This document shows positions 15,152 through 23,469 of a DNA stretch of 36,760 bases, piece after piece. The DNA lies in IMG/VR virus record IMGVR_UViG_3300045988_135562, positions 1-36,760 of that record. One strand, written 5' to 3'. Position 1 is the first letter of the stretch. The number at the start of each line of letters is the position of its first letter. The stretch comes from a virus. Below the pieces are notes generated by a model that saw only the letters and a list, made by a program, of their open reading frames with translations, was not told the origin of the DNA and did no database searches. Position numbers and translations under genes: made by a program.

Positions 15152-15199
15152 ACACCACGAGTTGGTGCTGCGTCATGGACTCCGGCGTTTTTGTTTTTT
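15131..15199 (+). terminator. Strong intrinsic terminator after the KTR gene
   Basis: AACGCCGGAGCCCATGA pairs with TCATGGACTCCGGCGTT (16/17), with an inner hairpin CACCA-CGAGT-TGGTG, followed by TTTTTGTTTTTTG. Confidence 0.8.
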
Positions 15200-15254
15200 G
15201 CCGCGAGGTGATAGCCGCGTGCCGGAACGCCGGAGGCCGTGACCAGGAGGGGCT

Positions 15255-15602
15255 ATGGGCATATCTGAGGGCCGTTTGGCAGAGCTGCGTGGGCTGCTGG
15301 ACGCAGGTGATGAACACGCATTCTATTCCTGGCCGGAGTGGCGGCGGCTGCGCCGCGAGGTGTTGAAGCTGGACAACCGCGAGTGCCAGGAGTGCAAGCG
15401 GCGCGGCGTGTACTCCAGGGCGGTCATTGTCCACCACGTGCAGCATTTGCGGGACAGGCCGGAGCTGGCGCTGTCCGTCTACGGCGGAGACCGGCGGCAG
15501 CTGGAGGCGGTTTGCAAGAGCTGCCACGAAGCGCTGCACCCGGAGAGCCAGCGGCAATACGCGCCTGGTGCGCCTCCGCTGACGGCGGAGAGATGGGATT
15601 GA
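15255..15602 (+). CDS. HNH endonuclease (packaging-associated type)
   Basis: CQECKRRG...VHHVQHLRDRPELAL...CKSCHEALH. It is positioned upstream of the terminase genes. Confidence 0.85.
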   Translation: MGISEGRLAELRGLLDAGDEHAFYSWPEWRRLRREVLKLDNRECQECKRRGVYSRAVIVHHVQHLRDRPELALSVYGGDRRQLEAVCKSCHEALHPESQRQYAPGAPPLTAERWD

Positions 15603-15630
15603 CCCCCCCTCGGAAAAATGGCCCTCGCGC

Positions 15631-15850
15631 CCTGGACGCTACTCGCGGGGGTCCAGGACAATCCAGCGATTTTCGCGTCTGCGCGTTGCCGCGCAGCGCG
15701 TGGGCGCGAATATCGCCGGGCAATTTTCAAAAATCTGCGGTTTTGCGGGGCGCATCGTGCCCCAGCCATATTCTCTTTCCCCTCAGGGGTGGGCGGCTCA
15801 CCCGCCCGTCCCGCAAAGCCGCAGATGTGTGATGTGCCCAAGTCGGGCAC
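15631..15850 (+). other. Densely structured non-coding region (cos/packaging site or structured RNA candidate)
   Basis: Four hairpins. H1: CCTGGAC...GTCCAGG (15631-15657). H2: GCGATTTTCGCG...CGCGAATATCGC (15666-15716) enclosing CTGCGCG-TTGC-CGCGCAG. H3: ATCTGCGGTTTTGCGGG (15733-15749) pairing with CCCGCAAAGCCGCAGAT (15810-15826) and enclosing GGGCGG-CTCAC-CCGCCC. H4: the family hairpin at 15834-15850. The track ORFs here lack an RBS. Confidence 0.5.
15834..15850 (+). repeat. Hairpin family copy 4
   Basis: GTGCCC-AAGTC-GGGCAC, 17 nt upstream of the ATG at 15867. Confidence 0.85.
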
Positions 15851-15866
15851 GGAAAGGGAATGGCTT

Positions 15867-15926
15867 ATGGAGATCAAAATGCGGCGGCTGACGGAGCTCG
15901 TGCCCTATGCCGCCAACGCGAAAAAA
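15867..15926 (+). other. Out-of-frame 5' segment of the ParB-nuclease/methylase gene (true start; ends in an A6 tract)
   Basis: The ATG follows GGAAAGGGAA and encodes MEIKMRRLTELVPYAANAKK. This would continue as HDARQVANLAESIRRYGF in the +1 frame after the A6 run at 15921-15926. Confidence 0.6.
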
Positions 15927-17091
15927 GCACGACGCCCGGCAGGTGGCGAACCTGGCGGAAAGTATCCGGCGCTATGGGTTCGTCCAGCCGGTGGTGGTTG
16001 ACGCCGACGGCGTGATCGTCATCGGGCATGGCCGCGTCCTGGGCGCGAAGGAGGCTGGGTTGGAGGAAGTGCCCTGCGTCTGCGTGGATAATCTGACGCC
16101 GGAGCAGGTGCGCGAACTGCGGCTGCTGGACAATAAGCTCAACGAGAGCGCCTGGGATCTTGACCTGTTGGCGGGTGAGCTGCCAGGGCTGGATCTGAGC
16201 GGCTTTGACGTCGAGTGGGGTTTGTCGGATGAGCTGGACGGCTCGGTGGTTGAAGACGACTACGACTTTAGCTGCCCGGTCGCGGTCAGGAGCAAGGTCG
16301 GTGAAGTGTATCAGCTGGGCGAACACCGTCTCATGTGCGGCGATAGCACGTCTCTGGCAGACGTACAAAAGCTCGTAGGGGGGGCACAAATGGACTTGCT
16401 GCTTACTGACCCTCCGTACAATGTCAACTATCAGGCCGCCGCCGGTAACATGAAGAACGACTGTATGAAAAGCTCAGGCTTCAGATCATTTCTACTGTCT
16501 GCATTCTCTGCGGCGGTAGCGGTGATGAAGCCGGGCGCTGCGTTTTACGTGTGGCACAGTGAGGTGGAGGGCTACAATTTCCGAGGCGCTTGCATGGACG
16601 CGGGCCTCGTCCTGCATCAATGTTTGGTGTGGGTGAAGTCTCAGCTTGTGCTTGGCCGGCTCGATTTTCAGTCCCGGCACGAGCCGTGTCTGTATGGTGA
16701 GGTTGAAGCTGAGGACGATGAATTGCAGCCGTGTTTGTACGGCTGGACGGATGGCAAAAAACACTATTTTTTCAAGAACCGGCGACAAACAAGTGTGCTC
16801 AATTTCGACAAGCCGACGAAATCGGCAGAGCACCCAACTATGAAGCCGGTGAAGCTGTTTGACTATCAAATGCAGTGCTCCAGTAAACCGGGAGAGAATG
16901 TGCTTGATCTGTTTGCCGGGAGCGGGACAACGGTCATCGCTGCGGAGCAGAACGGGCGACGGGCTTACTGTATGGAGCTTGATCCTAAGTATGTGGACGT
17001 TATTATTGACCGCTGGGAAAAATTCACGGGAAAACGGGCTGTGTGCCTGACGGAAGAGGAGGATTGCTGTGGCGCATCAGAGAGAACTTGA
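15907..17091 (+). CDS. ParB-like nuclease domain fused to a beta-class N6A/N4C DNA methyltransferase (orphan); 5' end frameshifted
   Basis: ParB/Srx segment SIRRYGFVQPVVVD...IGHGRVLGA. Motif IV LLLTDPPYNV precedes motif I FAGSGTTVIAAE. The ATG at 15907 has no RBS; see 15867-15926. Confidence 0.85.
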   Translation: MPPTRKKHDARQVANLAESIRRYGFVQPVVVDADGVIVIGHGRVLGAKEAGLEEVPCVCVDNLTPEQVRELRLLDNKLNESAWDLDLLAGELPGLDLSGFDVEWGLSDELDGSVVEDDYDFSCPVAVRSKVGEVYQLGEHRLMCGDSTSLADVQKLVGGAQMDLLLTDPPYNVNYQAAAGNMKNDCMKSSGFRSFLLSAFSAAVAVMKPGAAFYVWHSEVEGYNFRGACMDAGLVLHQCLVWVKSQLVLGRLDFQSRHEPCLYGEVEAEDDELQPCLYGWTDGKKHYFFKNRRQTSVLNFDKPTKSAEHPTMKPVKLFDYQMQCSSKPGENVLDLFAGSGTTVIAAEQNGRRAYCMELDPKYVDVIIDRWEKFTGKRAVCLTEEEDCCGASERT

Positions 17092-17674
17092 GCGAAAGGC
17101 GTTTGAGAGCCTGTGCGGTATGCAGTGCTCCGTTGAGGAACTGTGCGGGTGGTTCGGCTGCGACGAGGCCGCCCTGGACGCCTGGTGTCAGGATACTTAC
17201 GGAGAGTCTTTCTGCCAGGCGTTTGACCGCCTGACGATGGCGGGGCGCATAGCGCTCCGGCGGGATCAGGTGCTGGCCGCCAAGAAGAACGTCTCCATGA
17301 GCCGTTACCTGGAAGGCCGTCTGTCGAAGGCGGACAAGCCTGCCGAGAAGCCGAAGGACTACCGGCGGACGCGGGCCTACCGGGCGCTGCTGGAGAGTCT
17401 GCTGCGCTGCCTGGCTTCCCGCGGCATTGATGAGGACGTGTACCGGGACAAGGTGCAGGAGTACATGGACTTTTGGGTGCGGCGGCAGGAGCTGCGGGAC
17501 GACATCGCCCGGCGCGGCCTGACCGTCACCGACGACCGGGGGCGGCTGATGGAGAACCGCAGCGTGTCGCTGGAGATCCAGGTGTCTCGGCAGATGCTGG
17601 CGATCTTCGCCACGCTGGGCTTTAAGGAAGACGCGCTGGCTTCCGGCCAGCGGGATGACGACGATGAGTTGTGA
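17069..17674 (+). CDS. terS: Terminase small subunit (P27-like)
   Basis: GTG start after GAGGAGG. It sits immediately upstream of terL. The C-terminal region RRGLTVTDDRGRLMENRSVSLEIQVSRQM resembles the P27 family. Confidence 0.7.
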   Translation: MAHQRELERKAFESLCGMQCSVEELCGWFGCDEAALDAWCQDTYGESFCQAFDRLTMAGRIALRRDQVLAAKKNVSMSRYLEGRLSKADKPAEKPKDYRRTRAYRALLESLLRCLASRGIDEDVYRDKVQEYMDFWVRRQELRDDIARRGLTVTDDRGRLMENRSVSLEIQVSRQMLAIFATLGFKEDALASGQRDDDDEL

Positions 17675-19334
17675 CATTCCGGCGGAGGTGCTGCGGTATA
17701 TCGAGCTGGTGGAAGCGAACACGCCTCGCGCCTGCCCGGAGCAGCACGCGCTGGCGGCGCTGATCCGCCGCGTGTTTGCCGAGGAGGACATCCGCGTGGA
17801 CACGGAGCAGCTGCGCCGGTATCTGAGCCTGCTGAGGTATTTCCCATACGACCGGCTATTTCCCTGGGAGGAGTTCCTGCTGGCGCTGTGGGACTGCACG
17901 TATCGGGCCGATGGCCAGCCCAGGTGGAAAAAACTGCTGTGCATGGTGGGTCGCGGCGCGGGCAAGGACGGCTTCATCGCGTTCGACGCTGCGTGTGCGC
18001 TGTCGCCCTATAACCCCGTAAAGCGCTACAACGTGGACGTCTGCGCCAACAACGAGGAGCAGGCGGTGACGCCGGTGAAAGATCTCTCGGACGTGCTGGA
18101 GTCTCCCAGGTGGGAGGCGAAGCTCAGCAGGCACTACTACCACACCAAGGAAATGGTGCAGGGCCTGCGAAACAAGGGCGTGATGAAGGGTCGAACCAAC
18201 AACCCTAAGGGCCGGGACGGTATGCGCTCCGGCAAAGTGATCTTTAACGAGGTTCACGCCTACGAAAATTACAACAACTACAAGGTTTTTGTCACCGGCC
18301 TGGGCAAGGTGGCCCAGCCCCGCATTGGTATGTTTACCTCCAACGGTGACGTGTCGGACGGGCCGCTGGACGACTTCCTGGCGCAGGGCCGGAGGATCTT
18401 ATTCGAGGGCGAGGATGACGGCGGCTTCCTTCCGTTTATCTGCTGCCTGGAGAACCGGGAACAGGTACATGACCCGGAAAACTGGCACATGGCCAACCCG
18501 TCGTTGGCGTATTCACCGCATCTCCAGCAGGAGGTGGCGGACGAGTATAAGGACTGGCTGGAGCACCCGGAGCAGAACGGGGATTTCTTGACAAAGCGGA
18601 TGGGCATCCGCGCCGGGCAGCTGGAGATCAGCGTGACGGACTACGCCAAGGTGCAGGCCACCAACCGGCCTCTGCCGGAGCTGCGGGGCAAGTCGTGCGT
18701 GGCGGGCATTGACTACGCGGAGATCAGCGACTGGGCCAGCGTCAATCTGCACTTCCGCATCGGGGCGCAGCGGTTTGACATCAGCCACTCCTGGGTGTGC
18801 TTGCAGAGCAAGACACTGCACCGAGTGGTCGCGCCCTGGCGGGCGTGGGCCGAGGCGGGGCATCTGACGGTGGTAGACGATGTGAGCATCGACCCGAAGC
18901 TGCTGGCGGCTTACCTGCTGGAGATGGGCCGGCGCTACAACATTGTCAAGCTGGCGATGGATCACTTCCGCTGGACGCTGGTGGGCGACGCCATGCGGGC
19001 GATCGGCTTTGACGCCAAGGACAAGACCCGCGTGAAGCTGGTCAGACCCAGCGACATCATGCAGGTAGACCCGGTGATCCAGGAGTGCTTTGACCGTGAG
19101 CTATTTACCTGGGGCGACAACCCGCCCCTGCGCTGGGCGGTGAACAACACCAAACGGGTACGCAGCGGCCAGCGGGCCGGGACGAACACGGGGAATTTCT
19201 ACTACGCGAAAATTGAACCAAAAAGTCGGAAGACCGACCCCTTTATGGCGCTGGCGGCGTCCATGACGGAAGAGCCGGTGCTGGGGTCGGGTGAGCCGGT
19301 CAAGCTGCCGCCCATCGGGGCGATCAGACTATAG
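17655..19334 (+). CDS. terL: Terminase large subunit
   Basis: Walker A-like GRGAGKDGF. Size of 559 aa. Position between terS and the portal gene. Confidence 0.85.
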   Translation: MTTMSCDIPAEVLRYIELVEANTPRACPEQHALAALIRRVFAEEDIRVDTEQLRRYLSLLRYFPYDRLFPWEEFLLALWDCTYRADGQPRWKKLLCMVGRGAGKDGFIAFDAACALSPYNPVKRYNVDVCANNEEQAVTPVKDLSDVLESPRWEAKLSRHYYHTKEMVQGLRNKGVMKGRTNNPKGRDGMRSGKVIFNEVHAYENYNNYKVFVTGLGKVAQPRIGMFTSNGDVSDGPLDDFLAQGRRILFEGEDDGGFLPFICCLENREQVHDPENWHMANPSLAYSPHLQQEVADEYKDWLEHPEQNGDFLTKRMGIRAGQLEISVTDYAKVQATNRPLPELRGKSCVAGIDYAEISDWASVNLHFRIGAQRFDISHSWVCLQSKTLHRVVAPWRAWAEAGHLTVVDDVSIDPKLLAAYLLEMGRRYNIVKLAMDHFRWTLVGDAMRAIGFDAKDKTRVKLVRPSDIMQVDPVIQECFDRELFTWGDNPPLRWAVNNTKRVRSGQRAGTNTGNFYYAKIEPKSRKTDPFMALAASMTEEPVLGSGEPVKLPPIGAIRL

Positions 19335-19343
19335 GAGGTGTGC

Positions 19344-20528
19344 ATGGGTATCAAATTTTGGGATTGGCTTTCCGGCAGGAAGGCCCGGTCGCCCTCCATG
19401 GTAGAAGTGTCGTGCCGGGAGCTGCTGGCGGCGGCACAGGAGTTTCAGCTCCGCGACCTGAGCTTTTGGGTTTGCGCGAACATGATCGCCAACGCGGTGG
19501 GGCGGTGCGAGTTTCGCACCTTCCGGGGTAATAGGGAAATTCGCGAACGCGAACATTACCTGTGGAACGTTGAACCGAACGCTAATCAGAACTCCACGGC
19601 GTTTTTGCACAAACTGGTGGCCAAGCTGCTGGTGGACGGTGAGGCGCTGGTGATCAGCACCCGGCAGCGGGAGGGCTACGACGCCCTGGTGGTGGCGGAC
19701 AGCTGGCTGCAAAATGGCGACTACCCCAGTCGGCAGAACGAGTACATCAATGTGCAGGTGGGCGACGTCAGCTATGAGGAGACGTTCCGGGAGCGGGAAG
19801 TGCTGCACCTCAAGCTGAACCACATCAACGTCAAGCCGGTGCTGGATGGGCTGTACGGTGCGTACTGGCGTCTTATCAGCGCGGCTATGAAGCGCTACGA
19901 GTGGGACAAAGGGCAGCACTGGAAAGTCCACGTGAGCCAACTGGCCTCCGGCGCGGAGGATTTTACGGAGAACTTTGCCCGCATGATCGAGCAGCAGGTG
20001 AAGACATTTCTAGACTCCAACTGCGCCGTCCTGCCGGAGTTCGATGGCTACGCCTATACCAACGAAGGCGGGAAGTCCACCGTGGAGCTGGCCGACATCC
20101 AAGCGCAGATGAAGGATGTGCTGGGCTTTACGGCAAAGGCCTTGCAGATCCCCGCCGTACTGGTGGACGGCAGCATCCAGGGGACGGAGGACGCCCAGGG
20201 GCGCTTTCTGACCGGCTGCATCGACCCCATCTGTGACCAGCTCCAGGAAGAGATCAACCGCAAGCGCTACGGCTACGACCGAATGCAGGCGGGCGACTAC
20301 CTCCGGGTGGACACCAGCTCCATCCGTCACTTTGATATGTTCGCCAACGCGGCAAATGTGGAAAAGCTGGTGGGTTCGGGCGCGTTTACCATCAACGACG
20401 TGCTGCGCTCGGCGGGCCTGCCGACGATCCCTGAACCCTGGGCGGATGAGCACTACATGACCAAAAACATCGCCACGCTGGGCGCGGAGACCTCCGCCCT
20501 GGGCGGCGCGGAAGGAGGAAACGGATGA
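19344..20528 (+). CDS. Portal protein (HK97 family-like)
   Basis: ATG lies 6 nt after GGAGG. About 394 aa. It follows terL and precedes the ClpP-type protease. Confidence 0.8.
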   Translation: MGIKFWDWLSGRKARSPSMVEVSCRELLAAAQEFQLRDLSFWVCANMIANAVGRCEFRTFRGNREIREREHYLWNVEPNANQNSTAFLHKLVAKLLVDGEALVISTRQREGYDALVVADSWLQNGDYPSRQNEYINVQVGDVSYEETFREREVLHLKLNHINVKPVLDGLYGAYWRLISAAMKRYEWDKGQHWKVHVSQLASGAEDFTENFARMIEQQVKTFLDSNCAVLPEFDGYAYTNEGGKSTVELADIQAQMKDVLGFTAKALQIPAVLVDGSIQGTEDAQGRFLTGCIDPICDQLQEEINRKRYGYDRMQAGDYLRVDTSSIRHFDMFANAANVEKLVGSGAFTINDVLRSAGLPTIPEPWADEHYMTKNIATLGAETSALGGAEGGNG

Positions 20529-21301
20529 AGAACAGACTTTGGGAGCTGAAGCAGGCCGCCGATGGCGGCGGGCTGGATCTCTACATCTACGGCGACGTGG
20601 AGAGCATGACGCTGGACATGGAAAATTGGCGCTACGTCCCCAGCGAGAACAGCGCCCAGCATTTCCGGGAGGAGCTGGCCAAGTACCCCAATGCGGAGCG
20701 CATTGACATCTACATCAATAGCTGCGGCGGCGATGTGTTCGAGGGCACGGCTATCTACAACCAGCTCAAGCGCCACCGGGCGCGGAAGGTGGTGCACGTG
20801 GACGGCTTTGCCTGCTCCATCGCATCGGTGATCGCCATGGCGGGTGACGAGGTGATCATGCCCCGCAACACGCTGATGATGATCCACAATATGTGGATGT
20901 GCGCCTGCGGCAACGCCGCGGAGCTGCGGAAGGCGGCGGACGACCTGGACGTGATCAACGCCGCGGGCCGCCAGGCCTACCTACAGAAGGCAGGCGACAA
21001 GCTGCCGGAGGAGGAGCTGGCGCGGATGATGGACGCGGAGACCTGGTTGACCGCAGAGCGCTGCGTCGAGCTGGGCCTCGCCGACCGGCTGGCGGACGAG
21101 GACGCCGACATGAGCGGCGCGGCGGCGATTTTGCAGAAGGTCAACGCCGGAATGGAGCAGCGTCTCCAGTATCAGAAGACCCTGGCCGCGCAGCTGCGCG
21201 ACGTTGCATCGCCGCCCGCGCCGGGCGCGACCTTTGATGTAGACCCGCAGGGCGGCGGAAGCCCTGAAAAAATCAACAAAGTTCTCGGACTGTTTTCATG
21301 A
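20525..21301 (+). CDS. ClpP-family prohead protease
   Basis: INSCGGDVFEGTAIY, VDGFACSIASVIAMAGD and MMIHN are Ser/His catalytic-type motifs. Confidence 0.85.
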   Translation: MKNRLWELKQAADGGGLDLYIYGDVESMTLDMENWRYVPSENSAQHFREELAKYPNAERIDIYINSCGGDVFEGTAIYNQLKRHRARKVVHVDGFACSIASVIAMAGDEVIMPRNTLMMIHNMWMCACGNAAELRKAADDLDVINAAGRQAYLQKAGDKLPEEELARMMDAETWLTAERCVELGLADRLADEDADMSGAAAILQKVNAGMEQRLQYQKTLAAQLRDVASPPAPGATFDVDPQGGGSPEKINKVLGLFS

Positions 21302-21322
21302 GAATCGAAAGGAGAAAAAAGA

Positions 21323-22798
21323 ATGAACAACAATGACATTCGCACCCGGGAGGCCCTGCGGCAGGCTCTCCAACAGGCTGCCGTTTCCGGCGACACCGGC
21401 GCGTTCTCTTCCGCCTTGGACGAGATGATGCAGCGCCTCTGCCTGGACGTCCAGGCCGAGTACGAGCATCGGTTTGATGAACTCCAGCAGGAGCTTGACA
21501 GTCGCATCCTGGCCCAGCGGGGCGCGCACCAGTTGACGGCTGAAGAGCGCACCTACTACCAGAGGCTGGGCGAGGCCATGAAGGCTACCAACCCCCAGCA
21601 GGCCGTGACCGGCCTGGATGTGGCGCTGCCTAAGACGGTGATCGACTCCGTCTTTGAGGAGCTGCAGACAGCGCACCCCCTGCTGAGCCGCATCAACTTC
21701 CGCGCCACCGGCGGCGCGGTGGAGATCATGGTCAACACCAACGGCTACGAGGAGGCTGCCTGGGGCGACCTGTGTGACGACATTGTCAAGGATCTGACGG
21801 CGGGCATCAAGAAGATCCCCGCCACGCTGCTGAAGTTGTCCGCGTTCCTGCCCGTGTGCAAGGCTATGCTGGATCTCGGCCCTGAGTGGCTGGATAACTT
21901 CGTGCGGCAGACTCTGTACGAGGCACTGAGCAATGGCCTGGAGGCCGGTATCGTCACCGGCGACGGCAACAAAAAGCCCATCGGCATGAACCGCCAGGTA
22001 GGCGACAATGTGGTCGTGACCGGCGGTGCGTACCCGGAGAAGGCGGCTATCAAGGTCACTGACCTGTCCCCGGCCACCGTGGGCAATCTGCTGTCCATTA
22101 TGGCGGCTGATCCCAACGGCAAGCCCCGCCGTGTCCGTGACGTGATCTTCCTGGTCAATCCTCAGGACTATCTTCAGAAGGTCATGCCCGCCACCACGCT
22201 GATGTCTCCCGACGGTACGTATCGCAACGACGTGATGCCCTACCCCATGGACGTGATCCAGACGGCGGCGCTGCCCCGCGGCAAGGCTATCATGGGCATT
22301 GCTTATCGCTACCTGGCGATGGCGGGCACGTCCCCGGAGGGCCGCATCGAGTACAGCGACCACTACCGCTTCCTGGAGGACGAGCGCGTCTATCTGATCA
22401 AGGCCTATGCCAACGGCATGCCGCTGGACAACAACGCCTTCCATGTGCTGGACATCTCCGGCATCCAGCCCGCCACCTATAAGGTGACGCAGGTGACTGC
22501 GCCCACTCCGTCCGATGACGCCACTCTGAGCGCCCTGTCCATCGGCTCTCTGTCTCTGACGCCCGCGTTCGCCTCGGCCACCATCAGCTACACCGCGACC
22601 ACCACCAACGCCACCAACACCATCACCGCTGTCCCCTCTGACGCGGCGGCGGCCCTCAAGGTGACGGTAAACGATGTGGAGATCGACAACGGCACGGCGG
22701 CGACCTGGCAGATCGGCAGCAACACCGTGAAGGTGCTGGTGACTGCCCCCGATGGCGAGGCCACCAAGACCTACACTGTCACTGTCACCAAGTCCTGA
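21323..22798 (+). CDS. Major capsid protein (HK97 fold) with C-terminal Ig/cadherin-like beta-sandwich domain
   Basis: It follows the protease. The N-terminal delta-like coiled region and the size fit a capsid protein. The last ~95 aa (ATLSALSIGSLSLTPAFASATISYTATT...TKTYTVTVTKS) fit the cadherin-like beta-sandwich pattern. Confidence 0.8.
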   Translation: MNNNDIRTREALRQALQQAAVSGDTGAFSSALDEMMQRLCLDVQAEYEHRFDELQQELDSRILAQRGAHQLTAEERTYYQRLGEAMKATNPQQAVTGLDVALPKTVIDSVFEELQTAHPLLSRINFRATGGAVEIMVNTNGYEEAAWGDLCDDIVKDLTAGIKKIPATLLKLSAFLPVCKAMLDLGPEWLDNFVRQTLYEALSNGLEAGIVTGDGNKKPIGMNRQVGDNVVVTGGAYPEKAAIKVTDLSPATVGNLLSIMAADPNGKPRRVRDVIFLVNPQDYLQKVMPATTLMSPDGTYRNDVMPYPMDVIQTAALPRGKAIMGIAYRYLAMAGTSPEGRIEYSDHYRFLEDERVYLIKAYANGMPLDNNAFHVLDISGIQPATYKVTQVTAPTPSDDATLSALSIGSLSLTPAFASATISYTATTTNATNTITAVPSDAAAALKVTVNDVEIDNGTAATWQIGSNTVKVLVTAPDGEATKTYTVTVTKS

Positions 22799-22799
22799 C

Positions 22800-23105
22800 A
22801 TGGCGGGCGCGGTGAGTGCCGCGCTCCTGAGCGCCGTCAAACTGTGGTGCAACATCACCTGGAGCGATGAGGCTACGGACGCCAAGGTGTCCGACCTCAT
22901 CGCTTCCGGGGAAGCCTATATTGACGGCAAGTTGGGCGCGGCGGGAGACTATGACACTCCCGGCGAACCGCTGACGCTGCTGAAGGAATACGTGCGGTAC
23001 GGCCTGAGCGACGCGCTGGACGTGTACGAGACGAATTACCTGAACCGGCTGCTGGCTATGCAGCACGGGAGGCGGGTGACGCAGTATGCGGCAGATACCG
23101 TTTAG
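22800..23105 (+). CDS. Head-tail connector (gp6-like)
   Basis: The position plus LSAVKLWCNITWSDEATD...EYVRY is typical of gp6-like connectors. Confidence 0.65.
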   Translation: MAGAVSAALLSAVKLWCNITWSDEATDAKVSDLIASGEAYIDGKLGAAGDYDTPGEPLTLLKEYVRYGLSDALDVYETNYLNRLLAMQHGRRVTQYAADTV

Positions 23106-23469
23106 GCCGGACGACCGGCAGATCACCCAGCCCTACCGGGACGGTGTGGTGAGGATCTACACCGTGACCGACGCGGCCCAGCCGGGCTATCAGCCCCGGC
23201 CCGCCCTGACGCTGCTGGAGACGCTGTTTTACCAGGAGCGGCGCGTGGGCTTGCAGCGGTATTACTCCAGCAAGCAGGTGCAGGTACAGGTGGAGCGGGT
23301 GATCCGAACGCAGCTCCGCCCCTCCGTCAGCCCGCAGTGCGTGGCGGTGACGGAGGACGGCGTGCAGTACGGCATCGACCTGGTGCAGCGGGCGGAGGAC
23401 GTCTACCCGGCGTCCATGGATCTGACGCTGGTCAAGATCGAGCAGAAATACGAGGTGTCCCATGAGTAA
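23086..23469 (+). CDS. Head closure/head-tail adaptor protein
   Basis: Called from gene order, size, and an N-terminus typical of head-closure proteins (DRQITQPYRDGVVRIY). Confidence 0.6.
   Translation: MRQIPFRPDDRQITQPYRDGVVRIYTVTDAAQPGYQPRPALTLLETLFYQERRVGLQRYYSSKQVQVQVERVIRTQLRPSVSPQCVAVTEDGVQYGIDLVQRAEDVYPASMDLTLVKIEQKYEVSHE

Noticed and set aside
15919-15927. A-AAA-AAG as a classical -1 slippery heptamer in the methylase gene.
   Set aside because: A -1 shift from the 15867 frame enters the wrong frame. Only a +1 shift or loss of one A joins the two halves.
21296-22900. Very long antisense ORFs (e.g. 534 aa on the minus strand here; also 8039-9073, 17024-17977, 23919-25079 and 25363-26028).
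   Set aside because: They lie antisense to well-supported structural and replication genes. They have no RBS, and their translations are Arg/Gly/His/Ala-rich low-complexity sequence, typical of stop-poor frames in high-GC DNA.
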